In this document: positions 34,990 to 49,800 of the stretch, one piece after another
Layout: each line of letters begins with the position of its first letter
How positions within the stretch are numbered: position 1 is the first letter of the stretch
Program-made: the position numbers and the translations under genes
Assembly: GCA_002269645.1 (NCBI GenBank)
Contig: NIVC01000157.1
Coordinates: forward strand, 310,001 to 374,000
Direction of reading: 5' to 3'
Origin: Macrostomum lignano
Lineage: Eukaryota
DNA length: 64,000 nucleotides
The notes under the pieces: model-generated
The model's database searches: none
The model's input: only the letters and a program-made list of their open reading frames with translations
What the model was told of the DNA's origin: nothing

Positions 34990-37900
34990 CCAATATTTGA
35001 TGTCTTGGTGGGCGCCCCTGTCTCTTTGGTAGGCGCCCCTGTCTCTTGTTTGGCGCCTCTGTCTCTTGGTGGGCGCCTCTGTCTCTTTGGTAGGCGCCCC
35101 TGTCTCTTGTTTGGCGCCTCTGTCTGTTGTTTGGCGCCCCTGTCTCTTGGTGGGCGCCCCTGTCTCTTGGTGGGCGCCCCCGTCTCTTGGTGGGTGCCCC
35201 TATCTAATTGTGGGCGCCCCTGTCTCTTGGTAGGCGCCCCTGTCTCTTGTTTGGCGCCCCTGTCTCTTGGTGGGCGCCCCTGTCTCTTGGTGGGCGCCCC
35301 TGTCTCTTGGTGGGCGCCCCTGTCTCTTAGCGGGCGCCACTGTCTCTTAGCGGGCGCCCCTGTCTCTTGGTGGCGCCCCTGTCTCTTGTGGCACCCCTGT
35401 CTCTTGGTGGGCGCCCCTGTCTCTTGGTGGCACCCCTGTCTCTTGGTGGGCGCCCCTGTCTCTTGGTGGGCGCCCCTGTCTCTTGGTGGGCGCCCCTGTC
35501 TCTTGGTGGGCGCCCCTGTCTCTTGGTGGGCGCCCCTGTCTCTTAGCGGGCGCCACTGTCTCTTAGCGGGCGCCCCTGTCTCTTGGTGGGCGCCCCTGTC
35601 TCTTGGTGGCACCCCTGTCTCTTGGTGGGCGCCCCTGTCTCTTGGTGGGCGCCCCTGTCTCTTGGTGGGCGCCCCTGTCTCTTGGTGGGCGCCCCTGTCT
35701 CTTGGTGGGCGCCCCTGTCTCTTGGTGGGCGCCCCTGTCTCTTAGCGGGCGCCACTGTCTCTTAGCGGGCGCCCCTGTCTCTTGTTTGGCGTCTCTGTCT
35801 CTTGTTTAGCGCCTCTGTCTCTTAGCGGGCGCCTCTGTCTCTTAGCGGGCGCCACTGTCTCTTAGCGGGCGCCCCTGTCTCTTGGTGGGCGCCCCTGTCT
35901 CTTGGTGGCACCCCTGTCTCTTAGCGGGCGCCACTGTCTCTTAGCGGGCGCCCCTGTCTCTTGTTTGGCGTCTCTGTCTCTTGTTTAGCGCCTCTGTCTC
36001 TTAGCGGGCGCCTCTGTCTCTTAGCGGGCGCCCCTGTCTCTTAGCGGGCGCCTCTGTCTCTTGTTTGGCGCCTCTGTCTGTTGTTTGGCGTCTCTGTCTC
36101 TTGTTTGGCGCCACTGTCTCTTGTTTGGCGCCTCTGTCTCTTTTTTGGCGCCTCTGTCTCTTGTTTGGCGCCACTGTCTCTTGTTTGGCGCCTCTGTCTC
36201 TTGTTTGGCGCCCCTGTCTCTTGGTGGGCGCCCCTGTCTCTTGGTGGGCGCCCCTGTCTCTTGGTGGGCGCCCCTGTCTCTTAGCGGGCGCCACTGTCTC
36301 TTAGCGGGCGCCCCTGTCTCTTGGTGGGCGCCCCTGTCTCTTGGTGGCACCCCTGTCTCTTGGTGGGCGCCCCTGTCTCTTGGTGGGCGCCCCTGTCTCT
36401 TGGTGGGCGCCCCTGTCTCTTTGGTAGGCGCCCCTGTCTCTTGTTTGGCGCCCCTGTCTCTTGGTGGGCGCCCCTGTCTCTTGGTGGGCGCCCCTGTCTC
36501 TTAGCGGGCGCCACTGTCTCTTAGCGGGCGCCCCTGTCTCTTGTTTGGCGTCTCTGTCTCTTGTTTAGCGCCTCTGTCTCTTAGCGGGCGCCTCTGTCTC
36601 TTAGCGGGCGCCACTGTCTCTTAGCGGGCGCCCCTGTCTCTTGGTGGGCGCCCCTGTCTCTTGGTGGCACCCCTGTCTCTTAGCGGGCGCCACTGTCTCT
36701 TAGCGGGCGCCCCTGTCTCTTGTTTGGCGTCTCTGTCTCTTGTTTAGCGCCTCTGTCTCTTAGCGGGCGCCTCTGTCTCTTAGCGGGCGCCCCTGTCTCT
36801 TAGCGGGCGCCTCTGTCTCTTGTTTGGCGCCTCTGTCTCTTGTTTGGCGCCACTGTCTCTTGTTTGGCGCCTCTGTCTCTTGTTTGGCGCCTCTGTCTCT
36901 TGTTTGGCACCTCTGTCTCTTAGCGGGCGCCCCTGTCTCTTGGTGGGCGCCCCTGTCTCTTAGCGGGCGCCACTGTCTCTTGTTTGGCGCCTCTGTCTCT
37001 TTTTTGGCGCCTCTGTCTCTTGTTTGGCGCCACTGTCTCTTGTTTGGCGCCTCTGTCTCTTGTTTGGCGCCTCTGTCTCTTGTTTGGCGCCCCTGTCTCT
37101 TGGTGGGCGCCCCTGTCTCTTGGTGGGCGCCCCTGTCTCTTGGTGGGCGCCCCTGTCTCTTAGCGGGCGCCACTGTCTCTTAGCGGGCGCCCCTGTCTCT
37201 TGGTGGGCGCCCCTGTCTCTTGGTGGCACCCCTGTCTCTTGGTGGGCGCCCCTGTCTCTTGGTGGGCGCCCCTGTCTCTTGGTGGGCGCCCCTGTCTCTT
37301 TGGTAGGCGCCCCTGTCTCTTGTTTGGCGCCCCTGTCTCTTGGTGGGCGCCCCTGTCTCTTGGTGGGCGCCCCTGTCTCTTGGTGGGCGCCCCTGTCTCT
37401 TGGTGGGCGCCCCTGTCTCTTGGTGGGCGCCCCTGTCTCTTGGTGGGCGCCCCTGTCTCTTGGTGGGCGCCCCTGTCTCTTAGCGGGCGCCACTGTCTCT
37501 TAGCGGGCGCCCCTGTCTCTTGGTGGGCGCCCCTGTCTCTTAGCGGGCGCCACTGTCTCTTGTTTAGCGCCTCTGTCTCTTTTTTGGCGCCTCTGTCTCT
37601 TGTTTGGCGCCACTGTCTCTTGTTTGGCGCCTCTGTCTCTTGTTTGGCGCCTCTGTCTCTTGTTTGGCGCCCCTGTCTCTTGGTGGGCGTCCCTGTCTCT
37701 TGGTGGGCGCCCCTGTCTCTTGGTGGGCGCCCCTGTCTCTTAGCGGGCGCCACTGTCTCTTAGCGGGCGCCCCTGTCTCTTGGTGGGCGCCCCTGTCTCT
37801 TGGTGGCACCCCTGTCTCTTGGTGGGCGCCCCTGTCTCTTGGTGGGCGCCCCTGTCTCTTGGTGGGCGCCCCTGTCTCTTGTTTGGCGCCTCTGTCTCTT

Positions 37901-39080
37901 TTTTGGCGCCTCTGTCTCTTGTTTGGCGCCACTGTCTCTTGTTTGGCGCCTCTGTCTCTTGTTTGGCGCCTCTGTCTCTTGGTGGGCGCCCCTGTCTCTT
38001 GGTGGGCGCCCCTGTCTCTTGGTGGGCGCCCCTGTCTCTTAGCGGGCGCCACTGTCTCTTAGCGGGCGCCCCTGTCTCTTGTTTGGCGTCTCTGTCTCTT
38101 GTTTAGCGCCTCTGTCTCTTAGCGGGCGCCTCAGTCTCTTAGCGGGCGCCCCTGTCTCTTAGCGGGCGCCTCTGTCTCTTAGCGGGCGCCCCTGTCTCTT
38201 AGCGGGCGCCTCTGTCTCTTGTTTGGCGCCTCTGTCTGTTGTTTGGCGTCTCTGTCTCTTGTTTGGCGCCTCTGTCTCTTGTTTGGCGCCTCTGTCTCTT
38301 GTTTGGCGCCTCTGTCTGTTGTTTGGCGCCTCTGTCTCTTGTTTGGCGTCTCTGTCTCTTGTTTGGCGCCTCTGTCTCTTAGCGGGCGCCCCTGTCTCTT
38401 AGCGGGCGCCTCTTTCTCTTAGCGAGCGCCCCTGTCTCTTAGCGGGCGCCTCTGTCTCTTGTTTGGCGCCCCTGTCTCTTAGCGGGCGCCCCTGTCTCTT
38501 GGTGGGCGCCCCTGTCTCTTATGGTGGGCGCCCCTATCTCTTGGTGGGCGCCCCTGTCTCTTGGTGGGCACCCCTGTCTCTTGGTGGGCGCCCCTGTCTC
38601 TTAGCGGGCGCCCCTGTCTCTTGTTTGGCGCCCCTGTCTCTTGGTGGCGCCCCTGTCTCTTGGTGGGCGCCCCTGTCTCTTGGTGGGCGCCCCTGTCTCT
38701 TAGCGGACGCCCCTGTCTTTTGTTTGGCGCCCCTGTCTCTTGGTGGCGCCCCTGTCTCTTAGCGGACGCCCCTGTCTCTTGTTTGGCGCCCCTGTCTCTT
38801 GGTGGGCGCCCCTGTCTCTTAGCGGACGCCCCTGTCTCTTGTTTGGCGCCCCTGTCTCTTGGTGGCGCCCCTGTCTCTTGGTGGGCGCCCCTGTCTCTTG
38901 GTGGGCGCCCCTGTCTCTTAGCGGACGCCCCTGTCTCTTGTTTGGCGCCCCTGTCTCTTGGTGGCGCCCCTGTCTCTTAGCGGACGCCCCTGTCTCTTGT
39001 TTGGCGCCCCTGTCTCTTGGTGGGCGCCCTGGCTCTTGGTGGCGCCCCTGTCTCTTGGTGGCGCCCTGTCTCTTGGTGCT
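34990..39080. repeat. 4.1-kb 20-bp GC-rich minisatellite (GGTGGGCGCCCCTGTCTCTT)n with variant units and higher-order blocks
   Basis: Period 20; variants ggtggg/agcggg/gtttgg; blocks repeated at a 759-bp offset (e.g. 35791 vs 36550). Confidence 0.97.
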
Positions 39081-39469
39081 CCCCTAGAGAAGTAGAGCTC
39101 CGTTATTTGCAAAGCTTGATTGCTTTTTCATTTAGTTTTTGGAGGAACGCATTGTATTTATGGGGCCGATTTAAGGGTGGTAAGACCCCTGTCTGCCGGG
39201 CGGCGACACCTCGTACTGACCCACTGTCATTCGGGAAGATGCATTGTCAGTGTAATCTGACGCCTAGTTCTTTCATATAAGCTCCACAGATGCACAAAAT
39301 TGAACACCGCGGGGATCGTGGCGCTGAGTCAGATTTTTTTACATCTGGATCAGAGAGCTGTGTTGCTTTGGGATCGATTTCACTTCACAATAATGGCTGC
39401 TATTTGAGTCTGCAATATCTAACCTGGCAGCCAAGGCAAAGCAAAAGCAAGCGCGATGAAGTTGTAAGC

Positions 39470-40140
<671 letters not shown>

Positions 40141-40864
40141 GAGACGACACACAAGTAAAGATGTACAGCTTCCTATAATTTTCCATAAGGGATTCTCAGA
40201 CTGTCTATGGATTTCTGTTGGGGGAATTAGGATTCTATAATTTCATGTATGCAAGTACATGTATACAAGTACATGTACAAGTACATGCAATTGTTTTATT
40301 TGTCAGCTTGTCGGTGTCGGGTGAGCGGCTTGATTTATGTGCTTTACATGTGTAGCTATTACATTCGCCGCAAAGACCAGCTCTACCGATCTACGCAACG
40401 GCCCGCTTACTATAGTGCTCTGCTGTAGACTCCCGTACGAAACAGAAGTTCGATCGCACGGTTCCTTTCTGCCTTGCTTAAACGTGTAATGTTAGTTTAT
40501 TATAACAAACTTGAAAAAACTTTTAGAAATTTTGCCACATGCTGCATTCAAAATATTTCAACTGTATATTTTAATACTGCTTATTTCAATGGAATAAAAC
40601 TATACTTAAGTACTACCCGATTCTTCGAAATGAAGCGCTTGCGTGGAAAATTCAACTTGCGCATTGTGTGGAAGTTAAATAATTAAAAAATAGACTAAAA
40701 AACTTATAAAATCCAAAATCCTAAGTAGGTACATCTGACTACCGGCATACTCGGTCGATTTACTATCAGAAACAATTTTCATTTCGAACCAGGCCCCCAT
40801 TATAGGCCTATGTTGTATTCGCAAAATATAGTAATTTAAACAGGTAGTTATCATTTTTCAAAAA

Positions 40865-43800
40865 ATGCATTATTTAGGTGAGAGCTCATTCAACCTGGAT
40901 GAGTTGTATTTACTTTGCGTCAGATTCATTAAAGGTGAGTCGTGAGTGTAGTTGATTTTGATTATATATTTTAGTCTATTTACAGTTTTTAATACAATAT
41001 TCTACTACCTAAAATAGATTTAAATGTTTTTTTTGCTTTACTTAGGCCCAACCTACTACTACATTACTACCACTTACTACTATATTGCATTACATTTCTA
41101 TTGCATTAAAACTAAGCCTAGCCTAGATTTTTCTTGCTATTACTTATGATGCAAATTGCATCTAATATTTAATTTGAAGATACAATTTTGAATTTGAAAG
41201 TTAGAATGCTAGGCCTATTTATTAATATATAAAATGGCTTTCCTATTGCAAAAAAATTACTTAGTAAATTACTGAAAATCCTTAGTCACTAAGTATAGTG
41301 TCTAAGTAGTAGGGTTCTATGATTTTATGCCTACTTATGAAAGTTTATAGTGTTAGGCCTACCAATTGATAAAGGTTACTTATTAGGCCCTATGCTATAC
41401 CTTTATAGGTCTTTAATATTTAAGTATTTCCCTCTACTTAATATTGTTATAGGTGCTACTAAATGTTCTCTTTTAATCTTAGACATAGTCATATTCAATT
41501 TAAAAATATTTACAAATTCAAATTCTGTTTTAGCCTAGTCTATTAAATAAGTAAGCATAAGTATTTTAAAAATGCTATTTTAGATCTAATCTTTCTTCTA
41601 GTATTACACATTAAATTATAAATCAAGCTTTCTTGTCCTATAATAAAACTTTATTTATATACAGTGTTGGGCACCAGTCCGTTAATAAGTGTTAATCTGT
41701 TAATAAGCATTAATAAGCATTAAGATTTTTAATTAATGTTAACGGACTGTCGTTAAGATTTTTTTTGAACTAACGGATTAACAAATTTGTGTTAAAAATT
41801 TTGTTAATTAATGATAAATTCATCATTAACGGTAGTGTCTATGTCAATAACCAAAGATGCAAAGAAGGAACAAAAAATAGAAGCCTTACAAGAAGTTTAA
41901 ACATTACGAACGTATTTGAGCTTACCTAAATGCCTAAATATAATCTCTTTATTTATGACGATGATCATACAGACGTACATGTAATTAACAACTTCTTACA
42001 AATAAACTTTAAAATAATGAATTAAAATAGTGTGAAACTTTATTTCTTGCGCGTGAGCATCAATTGCTTTGATTCACTTCTGTCCCAATCTTTCGCAACT
42101 TTTTGCTGCGCCTGCTAATGGTACTGAAATAACCTTCCTATGCATATTAAATTATGAATTTCTTGTTATTAGCTTTTAAGTTTCAAATAAAATAAGTTAC
42201 TTTTTTACCATATGCTTTACTTTTAGTAGTATTATGCATGCAAGTTTTTAAAATGATTATTTATTACCCTTTTAAGCTTTCAAATTGCTTAGATGACCTC
42301 TGTGTTTTGCTAAAAAGATGGAATAGCAAAGACGTGCAATACAAAGTCTGATTCGGAAAAAAATGTGCAAGATTTCTGTATTTCTGTGTTAACGTTAATG
42401 GATTAACGCTTATTAATGATTATCAGTTAACTTTCAGTTAACTTAACGAAATTAGGAGTTAAAAAGTTAAGATTTTTTGTTTTACGCTAACGCTTTTGCT
42501 ATTAATGGAAGTTAAGATTTTCATTAATGGTGCCCAACACTGTTTATATATATAAATGTACATGTATAAATCTATATATTAGAAATGTTCTACAAGTGAA
42601 TTTTCTAACAAAATCAAAATCAAAATTCATTTACTTTCCAAAATCAAAATCAAAATTTTCCAAAATTGAAATTCAAAAAAACAAAGTTTAGCATGACTAA
42701 CACTCAATTTTTACTTCTAATTCACTGCTCATGAGGAACAAAATACATGTATATATAGCAGAATTTTTTTATTTTTAGCCATTAAATAAGTCAAAAACTT
42801 CATTGCCACTTCAAATGCAAATACTTTTTTGATGCAAAAACTACTATATAAAATTTACATATAGGTACCCTTTGCTACTGAGTATATGTATACATATAAT
42901 GTAGTCTGGTACATTGCTCATATGCACTCCTTCCTCTCGGGCAATTTGTCTCATTGTCTTTGTTGGGTCTTCTGCCTGCTTGGCTTCGAGGTTGGCCATG
43001 AAGTCTGGTGTCCGGATTGTCCGTGGCCGTCCCAATTTCTCCTTTGGTTCCAGGCTGTCGCCAGAATCCAGCAGCTTCTCCCAATCACCGACAGTGCTCT
43101 TCCCTACTGAGTACTTCTCAGCACACATTCGCATGCTCATTCCAGAAGTCAAGTTGGTAGCAACATGCTTCTTGAGATCCAAGGAATAGCTTGCCATTTT
43201 GTGACAACTTGGGGTGACAAATCCATGGATTGAAAACAAAGCTTTCAAATAAAAGGATGAATAGCATGAGTCCATTTTGCATATCAGGGTTAAAATTCCA
43301 GGCAGAAGTTGGGCCATAGACATTATAAAAATGATGGCAATGCTTTAAATTTCTAGAGTATGTCAAACTCTCAGAAAGCAAAGCCAACAAGATTCTGTCT
43401 GGATACCTTTTGTGCACATGGTAGCTCATGTACGCATATGCATCTATAGGATGTGTGCAACTACACATGTGCACATCTATGTGCACTTGCACCTGCCAAA
43501 TTTTCTTAAGCATGTCAGACAAAGACTTGATGAAGATGCACAAATGAATACTTCTTCTAATAGGGGCTTTATTTTTATTAAATTAGACTTTATATGACTT
43601 CTTTATACTATGGCCTGGGCTGCATTTTTTTTGTGCAAAGGTATCCTATCCTTCAGTTGTATATGACCCATGGTTAAGCAAAGGTATAATTGGCTTTGGC
43701 TTAAGCATTTGCAAATAGTTTCAACCAATCTTCCTAGTTTTACTGCCTTTGTATTTTGTTGTTTACCCTTTTACTAATTGGTTGCAGCTAGCTTTGCCCT

Positions 43801-46800
43801 TTTAGCTTGCATCTAATAATAATATTTAATTTGAGATACAATTTTGAATTGAAAGTTAGAAAAATACTAGGATAGGGCTATTTATTAATATATAAAATAG
43901 CATTCCTATTGCAAAAAATACTAAGTAAATTACTGAAATTCCTTAGTCACTAAGTATAGTGTCTAAGTAATAGGATTCTATGATTTTATATCTCCTTATA
44001 AAAGTTTAGAGTGTTAGGCCTACCAATTGATAAAAGTTACATATTAGGCCCTATGTGTTGTAGGGAATCCTTCCTTCTTAATAAGATCCCACCGCTGAGA
44101 CAAAAGCTGTTGCAGGGCTCTGTCTCTCTATAAAAGATTCCCTCTGCTAAGTCACCAAAACTGTCGCAGGGGCAGTGCCCAGGATGGCGCGAATTTGTGC
44201 CAGGCGCGAATTTTGAGTAAAGTGGCGCAAAAATGCGCGAGTTTTTCTGCTGTGGCGCAAATTTTTTCTAAACTGAGTGGCGCAAATTTTTTGCAACTGA
44301 GTGTTCTTTTGACATTGGTTCTCTCGAAGTAGAGGGCTCAACTGCATCAACCGCCAAAATTGATCCACAGCCATGTCGATGGCAAATCTGACAAGTTTCC
44401 GAGCAAGTGGGGGACAAGTGCCCTTAACTTTCCTAATGGAAGTGCAGAAGTTGAGCGCGTCTTTAGTACTTTGAGTGACACGGTCACAAAGAAACGCTCA
44501 GTTTTAAAACCGGAAACAGTCAGGGCATTGGTTGGTGTTTGCCTGCTCAACCAACAGGTTAGAGCAGTTGCCATAGAAAGGCAAGACCATGGTCGGGCAA
44601 GTTTTTAACACATCCTTATCAGAAGCAAAACTCGGTTTGTTCATCATTTTATTAGAGATAAATCTATTGATTTCACTACAAATGATATTCTTGGGAAATT
44701 GATTCATTCTCAGAATTTTGGTGAGATTGTTAACTTCAATGTTGAAATTGGTCCAAGAGCTGCAAACCGTGTAGGCCCTGTGCAACAAACAACGAATCAG
44801 GCCAACTTTCCACTGTCTGGGACACACAGCTCCAAAATTAAGCATCAAGTTCATGAAAGTGGGCTTGCGGTAAACTTTAGTGGAAACCGAATTACTGTGG
44901 ATGTCAACGTCAACATCAAGGAAAGGGAGTTTCTTGTCACCAACTTCAACCGTGAACTGGATGTTTTTGTGAGTGGAGTTCAGAGCAGCAAGAAACTCTT
45001 CATGATCCGATCCCCCTTTGAAAATGGCAAAGGTGTCATCAATGTAACACTTGTAGAATCTAGGAGCACATTGCAGGGTCATCCACTCTTTCTCCAAATG
45101 AGTCATACAAATGTTGGCAAGAGTGGGCGCAAGGGGGCTACCCATCGCGCAGCCATCAGTTTGGCGGTAGTACTTATCATTAAAAAGGAACAGACCAGAG
45201 GTGGCAAAGTTCATAAGTTTTTTTAAAGTACTTTTTGGGAATTTTGGAGGGGCATGCTCATAGACATAGTCAGCGGCCAGATTAATAGCAAACTGCAGAG
45301 GAACATTTGTGAACAGAGAGGTCACATCAAAGCTACAAATGTAGTCATTGTTAGTTGGGGTAACCTCTTTCAGATGGTTCATAAAGTCAGTGGTCGAGTT
45401 GATGGAATGGTCACGTGGGATGGTGGGCTTGATCAGGTGATCAAGAAATTTGGCTAATTGGTACTCAGCAGTATTAATCATGGAAACAATAGGTTTAAGA
45501 GGTTTGTTCGGTTTGTGAATTTTACAGACACCATAAAGTTGACCAGGCTGACTGCTATTTGGCATGATGCGTTTGAAAGTTTCGTCTTCAATGTGTTGTT
45601 TCACATGGTTGCGCAAAAAACTCTGCAGGGATCTCTCAGCTTTCAGAACAGGATGCGCAGTGGAAACTTCAGTTATTGCTCCCAGACAGTGGAATTTGGA
45701 TTGGTCTTGAACAATCTCGTTCATTTTCATGTTGTAATCATTTTCCCGCAACGCTATTGCTAGCAAGAAAAATAGGCTTACTCACAAGACTATGAAAGGC
45801 CTTAGGGAGAACAAAGAGATAAAAATTGTTAGCTATGATAAAGGATATGGCATTGCCATCATGGACACCAATGATTACAACATGAAAATGAACGAGATTG
45901 TTCAAGACCAATCCAAATTCCACTGTCTGGGAGCAATAACTGAAGTAGTCTAATATAAATTAGACTTTATATGACTTCTTTATACTATGGCCTGGGTTGC
46001 ATTTGTTTTTGTGCAAAGGTATCCTATCCTTCAGTTGTATATGACCCATGGTTAAGCAAAGGTATAATTGGCTTTGGCTTAAGCATTTGCAAATAGTTTC
46101 AACCAATCTTCCTAGTTTTACTGGCTTTGTATTTTGTTGTTTACCCTTTTACTAATTGGTTGCAGCTAGCTTTGCCCTTTTAGCTATGTTGTCATGCCAA
46201 TGATTTGCTAGGCCAGGTTGCTGCTATTTTTAGGTCTTCAGAGGATGACTCTGTAATCTGTTTGGCTTACTAGCTATAGAGACAGTGTCTTACTGCAAAG
46301 TATGCATTTATTGCCATACAGGGCACTTGGGTAAAAAAATATCAAGAAGGTCCACTACTTTGCAATGGTCCTGAGTATAAACTATGATTGCCTATCATAC
46401 AACTATTTAAGTAGGAAATTTTGCCAGAAATATCCCATCTTGAGCCAAGATCCATGTGGGGGGGGGAAATGCTAACTAGCAGAGTTACCAATGACTAAAG
46501 GATAGGGTTTTCCTTACACTCCTAACATCTGAATTTTTTACCTGAATTTTTGTGTGAAATTTTTTTACATTTTATATGAATTTTATAACAAAATAAATCA
46601 ATTCCATTTCCCTAATGTTTGCTAAACCATCAATTGAAATTTTATCTAAAAAACAAGTTAAACAAACTTAAAATGTATAAAGATCTGATATTATTGTTGA
46701 TCAGGCTGAATGACACTGTCATTTAACTACATAATTAAGCTACATTCATGCACCAATCTCATTGAAATTCTCAGAGAAAGAAGGCAAAGCATTTCACCTG

Positions 46801-49800
46801 AGCTACCAGGACCGGCTTCAGTTAGCGGCTCACTGCAAGCAGGTGGCCCACGGCCCCTACAAGTCTGATGCTTCGCCTGGCGTCGGGTGGCTGGATGTGG
46901 TTGGCAGCGATAGAAAGTAAACTTGGCTAATTAATTAACTGTTGCTAATTAGACTATGCGAGTTAGGAAAATTATCCCAATAAACAAATTATTCACGCAT
47001 GTCTCTTAACCAGGGCTACCTGGCAGTCGCTCGGAGACCTGAGTCGAGAACGGGCTCAAGAGAAATTCGTGGAAATTCTTGACCGAGCCTGTCCTCTGCT
47101 GGCGCCCTACCTGGAGGCGCATCTCAATGAGAAACGGGATCGGGAGAATAAGATTAAGGAGGAGGCCGAGGCCAAAGAGTGAGCGATTGATGGGTTGTAG
47201 TATGAGATTGACATTGAGATATGGGATTTGCAGATTAGAGTATGCGAGATTTATAGATTGGAGTCTGAGATTGATAGACGAGTGTGAGATTGATAGATTG
47301 GAGTGTGAGATTGATAGATTGGAGTGTGAGATTGATAGATTGGGATGTGAGATTGATAGATTGGGATGTGAGATTGATAGATTTGAGTGCGAGATTGATA
47401 GATTGGAGTGCGAGATTGATAGATTGGGATGTGAGATTGATAGACGAGTGTGAGATTGATAGATTGGAGTGTGAGATTGATAGATTGCAGTGCGAGATTG
47501 ATAGATTGGAGTGCGAGATTGATAGATTGGAGTGCGAGATTGATAGATTGGAGTGTGAGATTGATAGATTGGAGTGCGAGATTGATAGATTGGGATGTGA
47601 GATTGATAGATTGGGATGTGAGATTGATAGATTTGAGTGCGAGATTGATAGATTGGAGTGCGAGATTGATAGATTGGGATGTGAGATTGATAGATTGGAG
47701 TGTGTGATTGATGGATTGGAGTGTGTGATTGATAGATTGGAGTGCGAGATTGTTAGATTGGAGTGTGTGATTGATAGATTGGAGTGTGAGATTGATAGGT
47801 TGGAGTGCGAGATTGTTAGATTGGAGTGTGTGATTGATAGATTGGAGTGTGAGATTGATAGGTTGGAGTGCGAGATTGTTAGATTGGAGTGTGTGATTGA
47901 TAGATTGGAGTGCGAGATTGATAGATTGGAGTGCGAGATTGATAGATTGGAGTGCGAGATTGATAGATTGGAGTGTGAGATTGATAGATTGGAGTGTGAG
48001 ATTAATAGATTGGGATGTGAGATTGATAGATTGGGATGTGAGATTGATAGATTTGAGTGCGAGATTGATAGATTGGAGTGTGAGATTGATAGATTGGAGT
48101 GTGAGATTGATAGATTGGGATGTGAGATTGATAGATTGGAGTGCGAGATTGATAGATTGGAGTGCGAGATTGATAGATTGGAGTGTGAGATTGATAGATT
48201 GGAGTGCGAGATTGATAGATTGGAGTGCGAGATTGATAGATTGGAGTGCGAGATTGATAGACTGTAGTGAGAGATCGATAGGTTGAAGCATGAGATTTAT
48301 CTTTAGAATCATAAAAATAAAAGAAACTGACATGCAACAATGCGCCCTATTTAAAAAATTCTCAGACGCGAAATTCAACGCCAGAAGCAGCAAGAGCAGG
48401 AGCAGATGCAGCAGCAGCAGCGTAAGCAAGCCGAAGCGGCAGCCAAGCAGAACTTGGCCAATCAGAAGACAAACTCAGTGTCTGGTCCTGTAACCAACAG
48501 AGATGACTCGCGGCGTCATCAGCAGGAGTGAGTGACAGCTCCATCTTTTTTTAGCAGCTGAACTAGCAATGCAATTCGCTTATTGAAAAATCTCGTCAAA
48601 GAGTCGCTTTAGAATCACTGAGTTGCGTGAGACTCTTTTACGATTCTGAAAATCGCGCCTCCGTCGCATTTGAGTCGTTATGTTTTCAACGGGTAATATA
48701 ATGTACTGCAGGAATGGTGTGGGCCACCCTGGCGGCAGTACTGCCCATTCTGCAGACTCCTGAGATGTTATTGGCACTGATTGGCCCTAATGGTTTAATA
48801 ATAATTAATAGTTAGTTGATTATACCTGCATTTAATGCTCAGATGTGCAACCGACAGCTCAGCCGCAGCTATTGCTGGGGGGTCGCCACAAACACCCTCA
48901 ATTACCCCAGCTAATGCTGGGACCCATCTTGCTCAAGGTCACAAATTGTTCCTAGTGGTAGTGGGATTCGAACCCCCAACCTTTCAATCATAACTCCGAC
49001 GCTCTAACCACTAGGCAACCTAGGCATGCCTTGCCATACTACTTAGGTGGCGAGGCATTTAGCCTTAAAAATATGGTTAGAGTTGCTCCTTCCGTTTACC
49101 CAAAATTACGTTTCTTTTGCTTAGCTTTCTTTCAAGAGGCATGTATAGTATGACTAGGCTACAGCCCCATGAAGTGCGGCTGGATTCAGCATAGCGCCTC
49201 AGGCACTCATCTCCCCCCCCCGTTCTCACCATCCATATCCGAGCAGAGCTCAGATTCGGGCGGCGCTGAACCAGCAGACGGCTGTCCAATTTCGCCAATA
49301 CGCGGCCGAGCAGCATCCAGACGACGCCTACAAGCAGGCAGAGCTGATCGCTCAGCTGCAGGAGCAGCACTTCCAGCAGTACATGACTCAGGTCTATCAG
49401 CAGCAGTTGAAAATTCAACAAGAAGAAGAGCAAGCAAAACTGTTGCAGCAGCAGCCAAAGCAAAGTCAACAGAATTCTACGAATGAGTCTGCAACTGTTG
49501 AGGCGGCTGCAGCTGAGGGTGAGACGGGATTTAATTTATGGGGATTTGTTGCTTTTGTTTTATTAGGGTTTCGGGACTCTGCAGTATTGGGGTCAGGGAT
49601 CTGGAGCATTGGGGTCAGGGACTCTGGAGTGTTGGGATCAGGGACTCTGGAGTATTGGGATCAGGGATCTGGAGTATTGGGATCAGGGATCTGGAGCATT
49701 GGGATCAGGGATCTGTAGTTTAGTGATCTGGGACTCTGGAGTGTTGGGATCAGGGATCTGGAGTATTGGGATCAGGGATCTGGAGCATTGGGATCAGGGA

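Noticed and set aside
34980-39112. Many long ORFs (RDRGAHQETGAP.. / LLVGAPVSWWAP..)
   Set aside because: These are translations of a stop-free 20-bp repeat in several frames on both strands. The same applies to 56797-57843.
47251-48429. Coiled-coil-like (CEIDRLE)n / (LQSINLA)n proteins
   Set aside because: A 21-bp intronic minisatellite lying between well-supported ACBD3 exons; the heptad is an artefact of unit length.
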